DNA of 64,000 bases from an uncultured Acidobacteriota bacterium (GCA_963770895.1 CAVYRF010000002.1:3744001-3808000), one strand, 5' to 3'. Positions 45,411 through 60,372 are shown, counted from the stretch's first letter. Numbers and translations: made by a program. Notes: generated from the sequence alone by a model not told the origin.

Positions 45411-48247
45411 GCGGGATGACGGAGCCGTTGGTGCTGGGCGCCGGCGTCACTCTGGAACCGGTGGCAGAGCTGCCGGAGGCGGTGCGGCGGCAGCTGGACT
45501 GGACGCCGGGCGACCATGCCCTGTCGCGGCCGGGCCTGCGCACCGGCTCGCGGGTCGTGGACGCCGCCGCCGCCGATCTGCTGCGCCAGTTCGCCACTCC
45601 TTCCACCCTTGTCGAAGCCGTGATGCGCCACAGCCAGGCGTGCGGCGGCGACGCCGAGGCCCTGCTGGACGCCGCCTACCCGTTGCTCGCCAGGCTTCTG
45701 CGCGAAGGCTTTCTGGTGCCGGCGGCGGACGGCGGCAGGGGACGCATCGACGCCTCGTGGGCGGCGGCGGAGCGCATCGCCGGATGCACCGTCCAGCGTT
45801 GCGTGCAGGTGCTGGTGGATACCGAGGTCTATCAGGTCCGCACCGACGCCGCGCACGCTTCCGCGTCCGACCCTTGGCAGATCGCGCGGCGCGAGGCGGC
45901 GCTCAAGATCGTGCGCGCGCCAGCCGTGGGCGGCGCCGGCGCCAGCGATGGCTCGTCGCCGCGGGGCTCCGCGGCCAGGTTGCTGCGCGAGGCGATCATC
46001 CTCGATCACCTGGGGCGCGGCGGCGCCGGCGCACCGGTGGCGCCGCTGCTGCTTGCCACCGGTGTCTGGCAGGGCAGGCGGTTTTTGGCGCTGGAGTGGT
46101 GCATGGGGCTGGACGCGCACCTGGTCGCCGCCGAGCTGCGCGAGCGCGGCGCCGGCGGCTTGGCGGAGCTGCTGGCGCTCTGCCGCCGGGTCGCGGCTGC
46201 CTACGCCGCGCTGCACCGGCGGGGGGTGCTGCACGGCGACGTGCACGCGCGCAACGTCCTGGTGGATGCCGGCGGCGAGGTGCGGATCATCGACTTCGGA
46301 TTTTCGACCTGGCAGGGCGTGCCGGCGAGCCTGGCGCAGGCTGGCCGTGGCGGGGTCGCGTTCTATTTCGAGCCCGAGTACGCCGCGGCGACGCTTGCCG
46401 GCCGCGCCGCGCCGCCGGTCACCGCGGCCGGCGAGCAGTACGCGGTTGCAGTGCTGCTGTATTACCTTGCCTCCGGCGCCTTTCCGCAGGATTTCTCGCT
46501 GGAACGCCAGACGCTGCTGCGCCAGATCGCGGGCGATCCACCCCTGCCTTTCACCCTGCGCGGCGCCGCCGCCTGGCCGGCGCTGGAAGCCGTCCTGGGG
46601 CGGGCGCTCGCCCAATCGCCGGCGGATCGCTACCCGTCTCTAGACGCCCTGACCGCTGCGCTGCACGACATCGAATCCGGCGTGGTCGTAAGCGACGAGG
46701 CCGGGCGTGGCGACGGGAGTGGACGTGGCGAGGCTGCCGGTCCCGCGCCGCTGCTCGCGTTGAGCAGCGCCTTGCGTCGCGATCCGGCGGCCGCCCTGCT
46801 GGAGCAGATGGTCGCGGCGACGCAAACCGGCGGCGAGCTGTGGCAGATGGGCAGTGGTGGCAGTGGTGAGGGTGGTGGCAGCGGTGCGGGGGCGCTCGCC
46901 GGGGTGCAGGACGGTGCCGCGGGGATCGCGTACGCGCTCTACCGCATCGCGACGGTGCGTGCCGACCCGGACCTTTTGGCGCAGGCGCATCTTTGGAGCG
47001 TGCGGGCGGCTGGCGCGGCGCGGTCCGGTGCGGCGACGTTTTACGATGCCGACCGCAACCTGACACCGCGCACGATCGGCAGCGCCTCGCTGCTGCACGG
47101 ACCGCCCGGCGTGCACTGCACCGCCGCCCTGATCGCCAACGCGCGCGGCGACCGTGCCGCGGCAAGCCAGGCGCTGGCCGCCTTTGCTGCCGCCGCAAGC
47201 GTTCCCTGCCCCTTTGTCGATCTCGCGCTGGGGCGTGCCGGTCTGTTGTCGGCCTTTGCCCTGCTGCTGGATGCGCTGGAAGCTGGCGGCACGGTGCCCC
47301 AGGACGATGTGGGCGGGCTGGCGGGAGAGGCGGCGGCGGGCGCCAGCTTCCAGCAGCTGCGGGCGATGGGAGACGGCCTGCTGGCCGGGATCTGGCGGGA
47401 CATCGTGCCGCTGCGGCCGATTGAGCAGTGCCGGGAGTGGTCCAACCTCGGCATCGCCCACGGCTGGGCGGGTGCGCTGTACGCGATGCTGCGCTGGTGC
47501 CGCTCGGCCGGCCGCCCCCTTCCCGCCGGGTTGCCCGGCCGCCTTGACCAGCTGGCCGGCTGCGCCGAAAGCTGCGGCAGGGGTATCCGCTGGCGCTGGT
47601 ACAACCTGCCGGCCGGGGAGCCGTGGGCGCCGGGCGCTGCCGCGGCGCTACGCCTGACGCCATCGGTCGATGCCGCCGCACCGGTTTCCGGTCACACGGC
47701 GCCGCCGCTGGCAGTGCCGCACGATGGCGGTGCGGCAGCGGTGGCGCCGGTCACGCCGATGGCGCCGATTGGAGCCATGGCACCCATGACGCACGGCGCT
47801 CAGGCCGCACCGGAGCCTGTCTGGATGGCGGGGTGGTGCAACGGCAGCGCCGGCATGGTGCACCTGTGGACGGCGGCGGCGCGGATGCTGCCCGGAGGCG
47901 GCTACGAACGGCTTGCCGTCGACGCCGCCTGGCATGTCTGGGAAGCTCCCGAACGCTCGTTCAGCCTGTGTTGCGGCCTGGCGGGGCGGGCCTATGCGCT
48001 GCTCGACTTGTACCAGCACGGCTGCGGGGCGGAATGGCTGGAGCGGGCACGCACGCTTGCCGGGCGGGCGGCGGCGGCGGTGGCGGAGGAAGAGGTGGCC
48101 GGGGCCGATTCGTCGTTCGCCTCCAGCGCCGCCAGCCTGTATCGCGGGCCGCTGGGGGTGGCGGTGCTGGCGGCGGACTTGGCGCGGCCGCGGGACGCTG
48201 CGATGCCGCTCTTCGGCGACGAGGGTTGGGCGCAGGCGCTGTGTTAG
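45407..48247 (+). CDS. Ser/Thr kinase-LanC cyclase fusion (lanthipeptide synthetase lacking lyase domain), N-terminal RRE-like domain
   Basis: GGAGGAGG RBS and GTGA overlap; AALKIV, LHGDVHARNVLV, IIDFG, PEY; LanC motifs LLHGPPG, GIAHGWAG, GWCNGSAG, LCCGLAG, SLYRG. Confidence 0.85.
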   Translation: MSGMTEPLVLGAGVTLEPVAELPEAVRRQLDWTPGDHALSRPGLRTGSRVVDAAAADLLRQFATPSTLVEAVMRHSQACGGDAEALLDAAYPLLARLLREGFLVPAADGGRGRIDASWAAAERIAGCTVQRCVQVLVDTEVYQVRTDAAHASASDPWQIARREAALKIVRAPAVGGAGASDGSSPRGSAARLLREAIILDHLGRGGAGAPVAPLLLATGVWQGRRFLALEWCMGLDAHLVAAELRERGAGGLAELLALCRRVAAAYAALHRRGVLHGDVHARNVLVDAGGEVRIIDFGFSTWQGVPASLAQAGRGGVAFYFEPEYAAATLAGRAAPPVTAAGEQYAVAVLLYYLASGAFPQDFSLERQTLLRQIAGDPPLPFTLRGAAAWPALEAVLGRALAQSPADRYPSLDALTAALHDIESGVVVSDEAGRGDGSGRGEAAGPAPLLALSSALRRDPAAALLEQMVAATQTGGELWQMGSGGSGEGGGSGAGALAGVQDGAAGIAYALYRIATVRADPDLLAQAHLWSVRAAGAARSGAATFYDADRNLTPRTIGSASLLHGPPGVHCTAALIANARGDRAAASQALAAFAAAASVPCPFVDLALGRAGLLSAFALLLDALEAGGTVPQDDVGGLAGEAAAGASFQQLRAMGDGLLAGIWRDIVPLRPIEQCREWSNLGIAHGWAGALYAMLRWCRSAGRPLPAGLPGRLDQLAGCAESCGRGIRWRWYNLPAGEPWAPGAAAALRLTPSVDAAAPVSGHTAPPLAVPHDGGAAAVAPVTPMAPIGAMAPMTHGAQAAPEPVWMAGWCNGSAGMVHLWTAAARMLPGGGYERLAVDAAWHVWEAPERSFSLCCGLAGRAYALLDLYQHGCGAEWLERARTLAGRAAAAVAEEEVAGADSSFASSAASLYRGPLGVAVLAADLARPRDAAMPLFGDEGWAQALC

Positions 48248-48335
48248 CATCGCAGCGTGGTCGAGGGGACGTCCGGGGCTCGCACTCAGCCCGCTGAACC
48301 CTGCCCGCGTTGAATTCTCGTCGAGCTCGTTGACC

Positions 48336-49091
48336 GTGCACCTGCACACCGCGGAAGCCCTGTTGCTGGACGTGCGCGACCTGCACGACCGCGATCGAAT
48401 CGTCACCTTCCTGACCCGCGAGCGGGGCAAGAAAAGCGGCGTGGCCCGCGGCGCCAGGGCGCCGCACAGCCGCTTTGCCGGCCAGCTGCAGCAGCTGGCC
48501 AAGGTGCGCATCACCTGGTTCGAAAAGGACGGGCGCGACCTGGTGCGGATCTCGGCCGTGGAAATGGTGCGGCCGGCGCACCGCCTGCAGGCCGACCTCG
48601 AAGGCATCCTGCTCGGCAGCTACCTCGCCGACCACATGCTGGAGTTCGCACAGGAAGACGAAGGCTCCGATCTGCTGTTCCGGCTGCTCGATGCGACGCT
48701 GGAAGCGCTGATCGCCGGAGCGGACCGCGACGTGGCGGCCCGCTACTTTGAATCGTGGGTGCTGCGCCTGAGCGGGATCTTCCCTCCGCCTGACGCCTGT
48801 CCGCAGTGCGGCAGGAGCTTTGCCGGGTGGGCCGTGCTGCCGCCGCAGGCCGATGCGCTGGTGTGCCGCGACTGCGTGGACCAGGCCCAAACCGGCATGG
48901 TGGTTGGCGCCGCGACGCTCGACTTCCTGTGCCGGATCGAGCGCTCGACGCCGGCCAACGCCGGCAGGCTGGCGCCGGCGGCGGCGACGCTGCGGCAGGT
49001 TGAGGAGCTCTGCGCCCGCGTGCGCCGCGGTTTCCTGCGGCGCGAGCTGCGCAGCTACGAAGTCATCCAGCGCACCCGCGCGGCGCTCTAG
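48336..49091 (+). CDS. recO: DNA repair protein RecO
   Basis: EALLL...[25 protein letters not shown]; CPQC..CRDC zinc motif; upstream of glyQS. Confidence 0.9.
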   Translation: MHLHTAEALLLDVRDLHDRDRIVTFLTRERGKKSGVARGARAPHSRFAGQLQQLAKVRITWFEKDGRDLVRISAVEMVRPAHRLQADLEGILLGSYLADHMLEFAQEDEGSDLLFRLLDATLEALIAGADRDVAARYFESWVLRLSGIFPPPDACPQCGRSFAGWAVLPPQADALVCRDCVDQAQTGMVVGAATLDFLCRIERSTPANAGRLAPAAATLRQVEELCARVRRGFLRRELRSYEVIQRTRAAL

Positions 49092-49180
49092 CCGGGCACA
49101 GGCCGGGCGCACAAGCCGGGTACCTGGGGTATCCGTCGTTCCAAAGGAGGCAGGGCCGCGCGCCGGCCCGAAAGGCGAGC

Positions 49181-50123
<943 letters not shown>

Positions 50124-50137
<14 letters not shown>

Positions 50138-52400
50138 GTTCCTGCTGGAGGTGCGCAGCGAAGAGATCCCGGCGCGCATGCTGGAGCCGGGGGTGCGCGA
50201 GCTGGCCACCCGCGTCTTCGAAGAGCTGATGGCCCGCGGCATCGGGCCGCGGGAGGTGGAAACCGGCTTCACGCCGCGCCGCCTGGTGCTGCGTCTGGGC
50301 GGCGTGCCGGAGCGCGAGCCGGACCGCGACGAGCGCGTCATGGGGCCGCCGGTGCGCGCCGCCTACGCCGGTGACGGTTCGCCGACGCCGGCCCTGATCG
50401 GTTTCGCGCGCCGTTGCGGCGTCGAACCCGACCAGCTGGAGCGGGTGTCGACCGAAAAGGGCGACTACCTGGCGGCCTCCCGCAGCATCGCCGGCCGGCC
50501 GGCGAGCGAGGTGTTGGCGGAGCTGGTGCCGCGGATTCTGACCAACCTGGCGTGGCCCAAGACGATGCGCTGGGGCAGCGGGGTGGGGCCGTGGGTGCGG
50601 CCGGTGCACGGCATCGTGGCGTTGCTCGACGGCCAGGTGGTGCCGTTCGAGCTGTTCGGCGTGCGCACCGGCGACACCACCCAGGGGCATCCGGTGCTGT
50701 CGCCGCGGCCGCTCAAGGTGCGCGGCGCCGGCGACTACCGGCGCAAGCTCGCGGTGCGCCACCTGGAGGTCGACCCCAAGCGCCGGCGCGCCGCGCTGCT
50801 CGCCGCCATGCACGAGCGCGCCGCCGCGGTCGGCGGGCGGTTGGTGGAAGACGGGCCGCTGCTCGACAAGCTGGCGGCGCTGTGCGAGATCCCGGGCGTG
50901 CTCCAGGGGAGCTTCGACGCCAGCTTTCTGGAGCTGCCCGCGGAGGTGCTTTCGACCAGCCTGCGCGACCATCAAAGCGCGCTGACGGTGGCGGCGCTCG
51001 ACGACGGCGGCGCCGATGGCGGCGCCGGCCGCCTGCTGCCCTGCTTCCTGACCGTGATGGACCGGCCGGACGATCCCGCCGGGCGCACCCGTTCCGGCAA
51101 TGAGTGGGTGGTCGCGGCGCGCCTTGCCGACGCGCGCTTCTTCTTCGGCGAAGACCGCCGGCGAGGTCTGGCGAACCACGCCGAACAGCTGGCACGCCTG
51201 GGCTTTCACGAGCGCCTGGGTAGCTACGCCGAAAAGACCCAACGGGTGGCGGCGCTGGCGGCGGCCGCCTGCAGCGAGATGGGCTGGACCGCCGAAGCCG
51301 GCGACGTGGCGGCGGCGGCGCGCCTGCTCAAGGCCGACCTGGCCAGCGAGATGGTCAAGGAATTCACCTCGCTCCAGGGGGTGATGGGGGGCTTGTACGC
51401 GCGCCTGGACGGTCAGCCCGAGGCGGTGTGGCAGGCGGTCTACGACCAGTATCTGCCGGCCTCCACCGACGACGCGATCCCGCGCGGCCGCGTCGGCCGC
51501 GTGTTGGGCCTGGCCGATCGGCTGGACACGCTGGTGGGGATGTTCGGCGTCGGCCTGACGCCGACCGGCAGCAAGGACCCGTTCGGCCTCCGCCGCGCCG
51601 CCCAGGGGGCGGTGCGCATCGCCTGCGAAGGCGGCATCACCATCCACCTGGGCCGGCTGATCGCGCGCGCGGTGGAGCTGTACGGCGACCGCCTGGCAAC
51701 GGGCGCCCGGCCGGGCGGCGGCGCCGCTGGCGCCGGCGGCGACGTGGCGGCCAGGCTGGCCGCGCTGCGGCCGTTCCTGGACGACCGCATCCGCTACGTG
51801 TTCGGCCTGTACGGCTACGCCTACGACGAGATCGAAGCGGGGATGGGCGCCGGCGCGGCGGACCTGGCGGACCTGCGCGCGCGGGTGGACGCGCTGCACC
51901 GCCTGCGCCACGAAGCTGCCTTCCTGTCGCTGGTCCTGGCCGCCAAGCGCATCGCCAACATCGTCAAGAGCGACGCGGCGGAGTCGGCGGAGGGCCAAGG
52001 CGCCGCGCCGCCTCCGGCCGGCCCGGCAGCCGGTCCGGCGGCCCCCGAGCCCGCCGCATCCCCCGCAGCCGCCGAACCGGCTGAGCCCGCCGAGCCCGCC
52101 GAGCGCGAGCTTGCGGCGGCGTTCGCCGGACTGCGCGCCGATGTCGAGGAGGCAGCGGCCGCCCGCGACTACGAGCGCTGCCTGCGCCGCGTCGCGGAGC
52201 TGGCGCCGGTGCTCGACCGCTTCTTCGTCGAAGTGCTGGTGATGGACCCCGACGCGGCGGTGCGGCGCAATCGCATCGCCCTGCTCCAGGCCATCGGCCG
52301 CACGCTCAACCGCGTCGTCCAGCTTGCCGAGGTGGTGGTCGATCGCGCCGAGCACCGCGCGCGCGCCGGCGCCGCGGCGGGCGCCCCCGCCACGGCCTGA
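50124..52400 (+). CDS. glyS: Glycine--tRNA ligase beta subunit
   Basis: [26 protein letters not shown]...[32 protein letters not shown]. Confidence 0.96.
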
Positions 52401-52513
52401 GCGCCGCTCGCCGCGCCGGTTGGCCGTCGCCGCCGGGCGGGCGGCTGGCGGCGCCGGCGACGACGCTTGTCGCGGCGATCGGGTAAACTCGGTCGCCTGA
52501 CAGGAGGGTGCGC

Positions 52514-56377
<3,864 letters not shown>

Positions 56378-56386
56378 GTTGGCGGC

Positions 56387-56600
56387 TGAGCCTGGATGGA
56401 AGTCGCCGTCTGGAGGCGTTCTGGGACGGCGGGCGGGGCTAGTGCGCGCGGTCGGTGGCTGGCAACCGCGAGCGGCGGCGGACGGCCGCCGGCAACGGCG
56501 GTAGACTGGCGGGGTGAGCCTGGACGAGAAGCGCCGTCTGGATGCGTTTTGGGATGGCAGCCGCGAGTATTACGCGCAGGCGGCGGCTGCCAACCGCGAG
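56387..56600 (+). repeat. Degenerate direct duplication (128-bp spacing) of the 5' end of the methyltransferase gene
   Basis: 56387-56472 aligns without gaps to 56515-56600, about 19 mismatches in 86 nt. Confidence 0.8.
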
Positions 56601-57341
56601 GCGTCGCCGGAGCGGCGGCGGCTGCTCGCCCATCTGCGGGGTGGCGAGCGGCTGCTGGATCTGGGCTGCGGCTCGTGTGAGAACGCGCTGTGGCTGCCCG
56701 CCGGCTGCCGGTACGTCGGCATCGACGTGTCGACCACGGCGCTGGTGATGGCGGCGCAGCTGGGCCGGCCCGGGCGGCGGGTGCGGGGCGACGGCGACAA
56801 TCTGCCGTTCCGCGACGGCAGCTTTGACGCCGTGCTGTCCACCTACGCCCTGGAACACTTCCACGATCCCGGCCGCACGCTGCTGGAGGCGGCGCGCGTG
56901 CTGAGGCCCGGCGGCATGCTGCTGCTCGTCGGCTCGGCGTGGGACCTGCCGTACGAGATGCCGCCCAGCCTGGAGCCGCATCGCCGCCTGGAGGTGTCGC
57001 TGCGCCGCCTGGGCCGCCAGGTGCTGTCGTCGCTCGATGGCCGCCACCGCTTCGACCGCGTGCGCAACCCGCGCGTGCTGACCGCCGGCTACGTCCCCGA
57101 CGCCGACGCCGTGCACGTCGCGCAGTCCCACCTGCTGGTCCGCTTCCTGCGCGCCGCCGGTCTGGAAGTGGTGGAGCACCTCACCCTGCCGCACCGCCCC
57201 GATCCCAGCGGCCCCCGCGCCATCCTGCGCCGCCTGCTGCGCACCGTCCCCCTCTGGCGCCGCGCCTGGGGCAACACCCTGATCGTCGCCCGCCGCGGCG
57301 CCCAGCTGCACTATCCCGCCTACAAGCTCCTCCCCCTCTGA
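56514..57341 (+). CDS. Class I SAM-dependent methyltransferase
   Basis: LLDLGCGS, GIDVS, LPFRDGSFDAV, LEH, RVLRPGG. Confidence 0.9.
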   Translation: MSLDEKRRLDAFWDGSREYYAQAAAANREASPERRRLLAHLRGGERLLDLGCGSCENALWLPAGCRYVGIDVSTTALVMAAQLGRPGRRVRGDGDNLPFRDGSFDAVLSTYALEHFHDPGRTLLEAARVLRPGGMLLLVGSAWDLPYEMPPSLEPHRRLEVSLRRLGRQVLSSLDGRHRFDRVRNPRVLTAGYVPDADAVHVAQSHLLVRFLRAAGLEVVEHLTLPHRPDPSGPRAILRRLLRTVPLWRRAWGNTLIVARRGAQLHYPAYKLLPL

Positions 57342-57515
57342 CCCCGGCCCGCCGGTGCCGCACGCTCCATCCGGCCCGACTTGCCCACGGAGCCGCGCCG
57401 CGGGAACTGGCCGTTCCATATCGTCCAGCCCTGCGATAATCTCCCTCAGCTGCCGCGGCCGGCCTGGGGCGGGGCACAGTCTCGCCCGAATCCAGGGAGA
57501 GAGATAGGACGGATC

Positions 57516-57824
57516 ATGCTGAACCTGCTCGCCGAGAAGCTTCCGGAGCTTGAGCGGCTCTGCAAGCTCCATGGCGTGAGGCGACTCGAGGTGGTGGGCT
57601 CCGCAGCCCGCGAGGTCGACTTCGATCCGGCGCGATCGGACATCGACTTGCTCGTAGAGTTCGTACCGGGGCGCTTGCCAAGGCTCAGTGCGTTTTTCAG
57701 GCTGCGCGAAGCGATCGAGAATGCGATCGGGCGACCGGTTGACCTCTTGATGCTCGAGGCGGTGCGCAACCCGTACCTCAAAGCCAGTCTGGAACGTAAC
57801 CGCCGCCTGCTCTATGCAGCGTGA
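57516..57824 (+). CDS. MntA-like minimal nucleotidyltransferase antitoxin
   Basis: VGSAAR..FDPARSDIDLLVEF, GRPVDL, NPYL. Confidence 0.9.
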   Translation: MLNLLAEKLPELERLCKLHGVRRLEVVGSAAREVDFDPARSDIDLLVEFVPGRLPRLSAFFRLREAIENAIGRPVDLLMLEAVRNPYLKASLERNRRLLYAA

Positions 57825-58167
57825 GCCGCATGCGCTCCTATGGGACATCTGCCACGCCGCCGACGCGGTGGCAGCGTTCACTCGCGACAAGGGGCTCGCA
57901 GAGTACAAGGAGGATTCGTTCCTCCGCTCAGCGGTCGAGCGCCAGCTGATCATCCTGGGCGAGGCAGTGGCCCAACTGTCGAAACTGGCCCCCGAGCTCG
58001 CCGACCGGATACCGGAGCGCGGCTCGATCATCGCGTTCCGCAATCTCCTCATCCACGGATACGCCACCGTGGTTGACGAGATAGTTTGGGAAGTGGTCGA
58101 GGATGACCTCCCTGCACTCCGCGCCAGCGCCGCACGATGGATCGAGGAGCTGACGCCCGGAACCTGA
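57814..58167 (+). CDS. HepT-like HEPN (DUF86) ribonuclease toxin
   Basis: AVERQLIILGEA, FRNLLIHGY (RxxxxH), IVW; overlaps MNT gene. Confidence 0.9.
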   Translation: MQREPHALLWDICHAADAVAAFTRDKGLAEYKEDSFLRSAVERQLIILGEAVAQLSKLAPELADRIPERGSIIAFRNLLIHGYATVVDEIVWEVVEDDLPALRASAARWIEELTPGT

Positions 58168-58245
58168 CGAGTAAGCAAGCGGCCGATGGTGGGCCTGGGT
58201 GGCCTCGGCGACCTGCGAATGAGCCCTCCCCGTTAGAATGGCGGG

Positions 58246-60372
58246 ATGGCGAAAATTCATCTGTTGCCCGACCCGCTGGTGAGCCAGATCGCGGCCGGCG
58301 AGGTGGTGGAGCGTCCGGCGTCGGTGGTCAAGGAGCTGGTTGAAAACGCTCTGGATGCGGGCGCGGAGCAGGTGGAGGTGCTGCTGGAGGCGGGGGGCAA
58401 GGGGCGGGTGGCGGTGGTGGACGACGGCTGTGGCATGGCTGGCGACGATACGCTGCTGGCGTTCGACCGCCATGCGACCAGCAAGATCGGCAGCTTTTCC
58501 GACCTGGAATGCGTGGGCACGCTGGGCTTCCGGGGCGAGGCCCTGGCCGCCATCTCGTCGGTGGCGCGGGTCGAGCTGACCACGGCCGAGCGGGCGGGCG
58601 ACGGCCATCGGGTGCTGATCGAAGGCGGGCGGGTGCGGGTGGCGGAGCCGTTCGCGCGGCCGCGCGGCACGACTTTGGACGTGCGGTCGCTGTTTTTCAA
58701 CGTGCCGGCGCGGCGCAAGTTCCTGAAGACTCCCGAAAGCGAGCTGCGGCGGTGCCTGGAGGTGGTGCAGGGCTACGCCCTGGCGCGCCCCGACGTGCGC
58801 TGGCGCGTGCTGCATGACGACCGCACGCTGCTGGACCTGCTGCCGGTGGGGGCCGCCGGCCCGCGCCAGCGCATCGCCCAGCTGTTCGGCGCGGAGCTGG
58901 CATCCCGCCTGGTGGCGCTGCCCGAAACGGCACCCGCGGGCGGTGCTGCCACCGGCACCGGCGGCGGCATCGACGACGCCGGCGCCAGTCAGGAGAGCGC
59001 CCTTGCAGCCCTGCCGCAAAGCGGTTCGGCCGCTAGCCTGGATAGCGGTTCGGCCGCTAGCCTGAATGGCGGCTTCGGCGCTAGCCTGAACAGCGCCTTC
59101 GGCGCCGGCAGCGGGGAGCGGATCTGGGGTTGGGTGGGGACGCCGCAGACGGTGCGGGGGCGCCGCCAGTTCGTGTTCGTCAACCGCCGCCTGGTGCGCG
59201 ACCGGGCTGTGCTGGCGGTGTTCTACCGCGCGGTGCGCGACGAATGGCGCAGCGACGAGTATCCGGCTCTCTTCCTGATGCTGGACGTGCCGCCCGAGGA
59301 GGTGGACGTCAACGTCCATCCGCAGAAGGCGGAGGTGCGGTTCCGCGATCCGCGCCTGCTGGAGCGGGTGACCGGCGCTCTGCATGCCGGCCTGGCCCTG
59401 GCGCGCGGCGAGGAGGCGGCGCCGCTGCGCCGGCCCGCCGCGGCGCCGGACGTGCCCTTCGCCTGGCAGGGTCTGGGCGGTCCGCCGCCGCTGGGCCCCG
59501 GCCCCGGCTACGCCCGCCGTTACGGACCCAACGCGCGGTTCGGCCAGGAGCACTGGCCGCCCGCCGGCGCCGCCGCCGGCACCGTGGCGGCACCGACGAC
59601 GCCGTGGGATCCCAGTGGAGCCGGTGCCGTGGGCGGCTCGCTGGGCGCGCCCTCGCTTGCCGGCGAGCCGGCAGCCACGCCGCGTTGGGATGCCGGCGGC
59701 CAGCCTGCTCTCCAGGGCGGCGTCGAGCGGATGGCCGGCGCCAACTACGCACCGCTGCAACGCGCGGCGATTCCGCTGTCCGGGCGGAGCGGCGAGGTGC
59801 GGCCGTTTCGCCTGCTGGGCCAGTACAAGGGGACTCTCATCCTGCTGGAGGGGCCGGATGGCCTCTACCTGATCGACCAGCACGTGGCGCACGAGCGGGT
59901 GCTGTACGAGCGGCTGCGGCGCTCGCTGGCCGCCGCGACGCCGCCGTCGCAGCAGCTGCTCACGCCGCTGCTGCTGGACCTGTCTCCGGCCGAGCGGCTG
60001 GGCTTGGTGGAGCTGGTGCCGCGCCTGGAGGCGTGCGGCTTTGCGCTTGCCGAGCTGTCGGGCCAGACGCTGGCGCTGCAGGCGGTGCCGGCGGTGCTCA
60101 GCGCCGCCGAGGCGGAGGCGCTGCTGGTCGCCCTGGCCGGCGAGGGTGGCGGCGCGACGGCGGACCTGGGGCCGCGCGTCCTGGACGCCCTGGCCGCCAG
60201 CCTGGCGTGCAAGGCGGCCGTCAAGATGCACCACCCGCTGGCGCCGCAGGAGATGGAGGCCCTGGTCGCCGAGCTGTTCGCCGCCGAGCAGCCGTACGCC
60301 TGCCCGCACGGCCGCCCCATCGTGCTGCAGATGACCGACTCCGACCTGGAACGCCGCTTCGGCCGCCGCTGA
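58246..60372 (+). CDS. mutL: DNA mismatch repair protein MutL (with endonuclease motif)
   Basis: IAAGEVVERPASVVKELVENALDAGA, HATSKI, GFRGEAL, DVNVHPQK, DQHVAHERVLYE, ACK, CPHGRP. Confidence 0.97.
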   Translation: MAKIHLLPDPLVSQIAAGEVVERPASVVKELVENALDAGAEQVEVLLEAGGKGRVAVVDDGCGMAGDDTLLAFDRHATSKIGSFSDLECVGTLGFRGEALAAISSVARVELTTAERAGDGHRVLIEGGRVRVAEPFARPRGTTLDVRSLFFNVPARRKFLKTPESELRRCLEVVQGYALARPDVRWRVLHDDRTLLDLLPVGAAGPRQRIAQLFGAELASRLVALPETAPAGGAATGTGGGIDDAGASQESALAALPQSGSAASLDSGSAASLNGGFGASLNSAFGAGSGERIWGWVGTPQTVRGRRQFVFVNRRLVRDRAVLAVFYRAVRDEWRSDEYPALFLMLDVPPEEVDVNVHPQKAEVRFRDPRLLERVTGALHAGLALARGEEAAPLRRPAAAPDVPFAWQGLGGPPPLGPGPGYARRYGPNARFGQEHWPPAGAAAGTVAAPTTPWDPSGAGAVGGSLGAPSLAGEPAATPRWDAGGQPALQGGVERMAGANYAPLQRAAIPLSGRSGEVRPFRLLGQYKGTLILLEGPDGLYLIDQHVAHERVLYERLRRSLAAATPPSQQLLTPLLLDLSPAERLGLVELVPRLEACGFALAELSGQTLALQAVPAVLSAAEAEALLVALAGEGGGATADLGPRVLDALAASLACKAAVKMHHPLAPQEMEALVAELFAAEQPYACPHGRPIVLQMTDSDLERRFGRR
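59020..59106 (+). repeat. In-frame 24-bp tandem repeat inside mutL (about 3.6 units)
   Basis: agcggttcggccgctagcctggat / agcggttcggccgctagcctgaat / ggcggcttcggcgctagcctgaac / agcgccttcggcgcc. Confidence 0.85.

Noticed and set aside
45407-48247. Canonical class III (LanKC) or class IV (LanL) single-chain synthetase
   Set aside because: No GWKxH-type lyase domain at the N-terminus; Zn ligands are present, which excludes class III
56387-56600. Template/variable repeat of a diversity-generating retroelement
   Set aside because: Mismatches involve all four bases rather than only adenines, the repeat is at a gene 5' end, and there is no reverse transcriptase in the window
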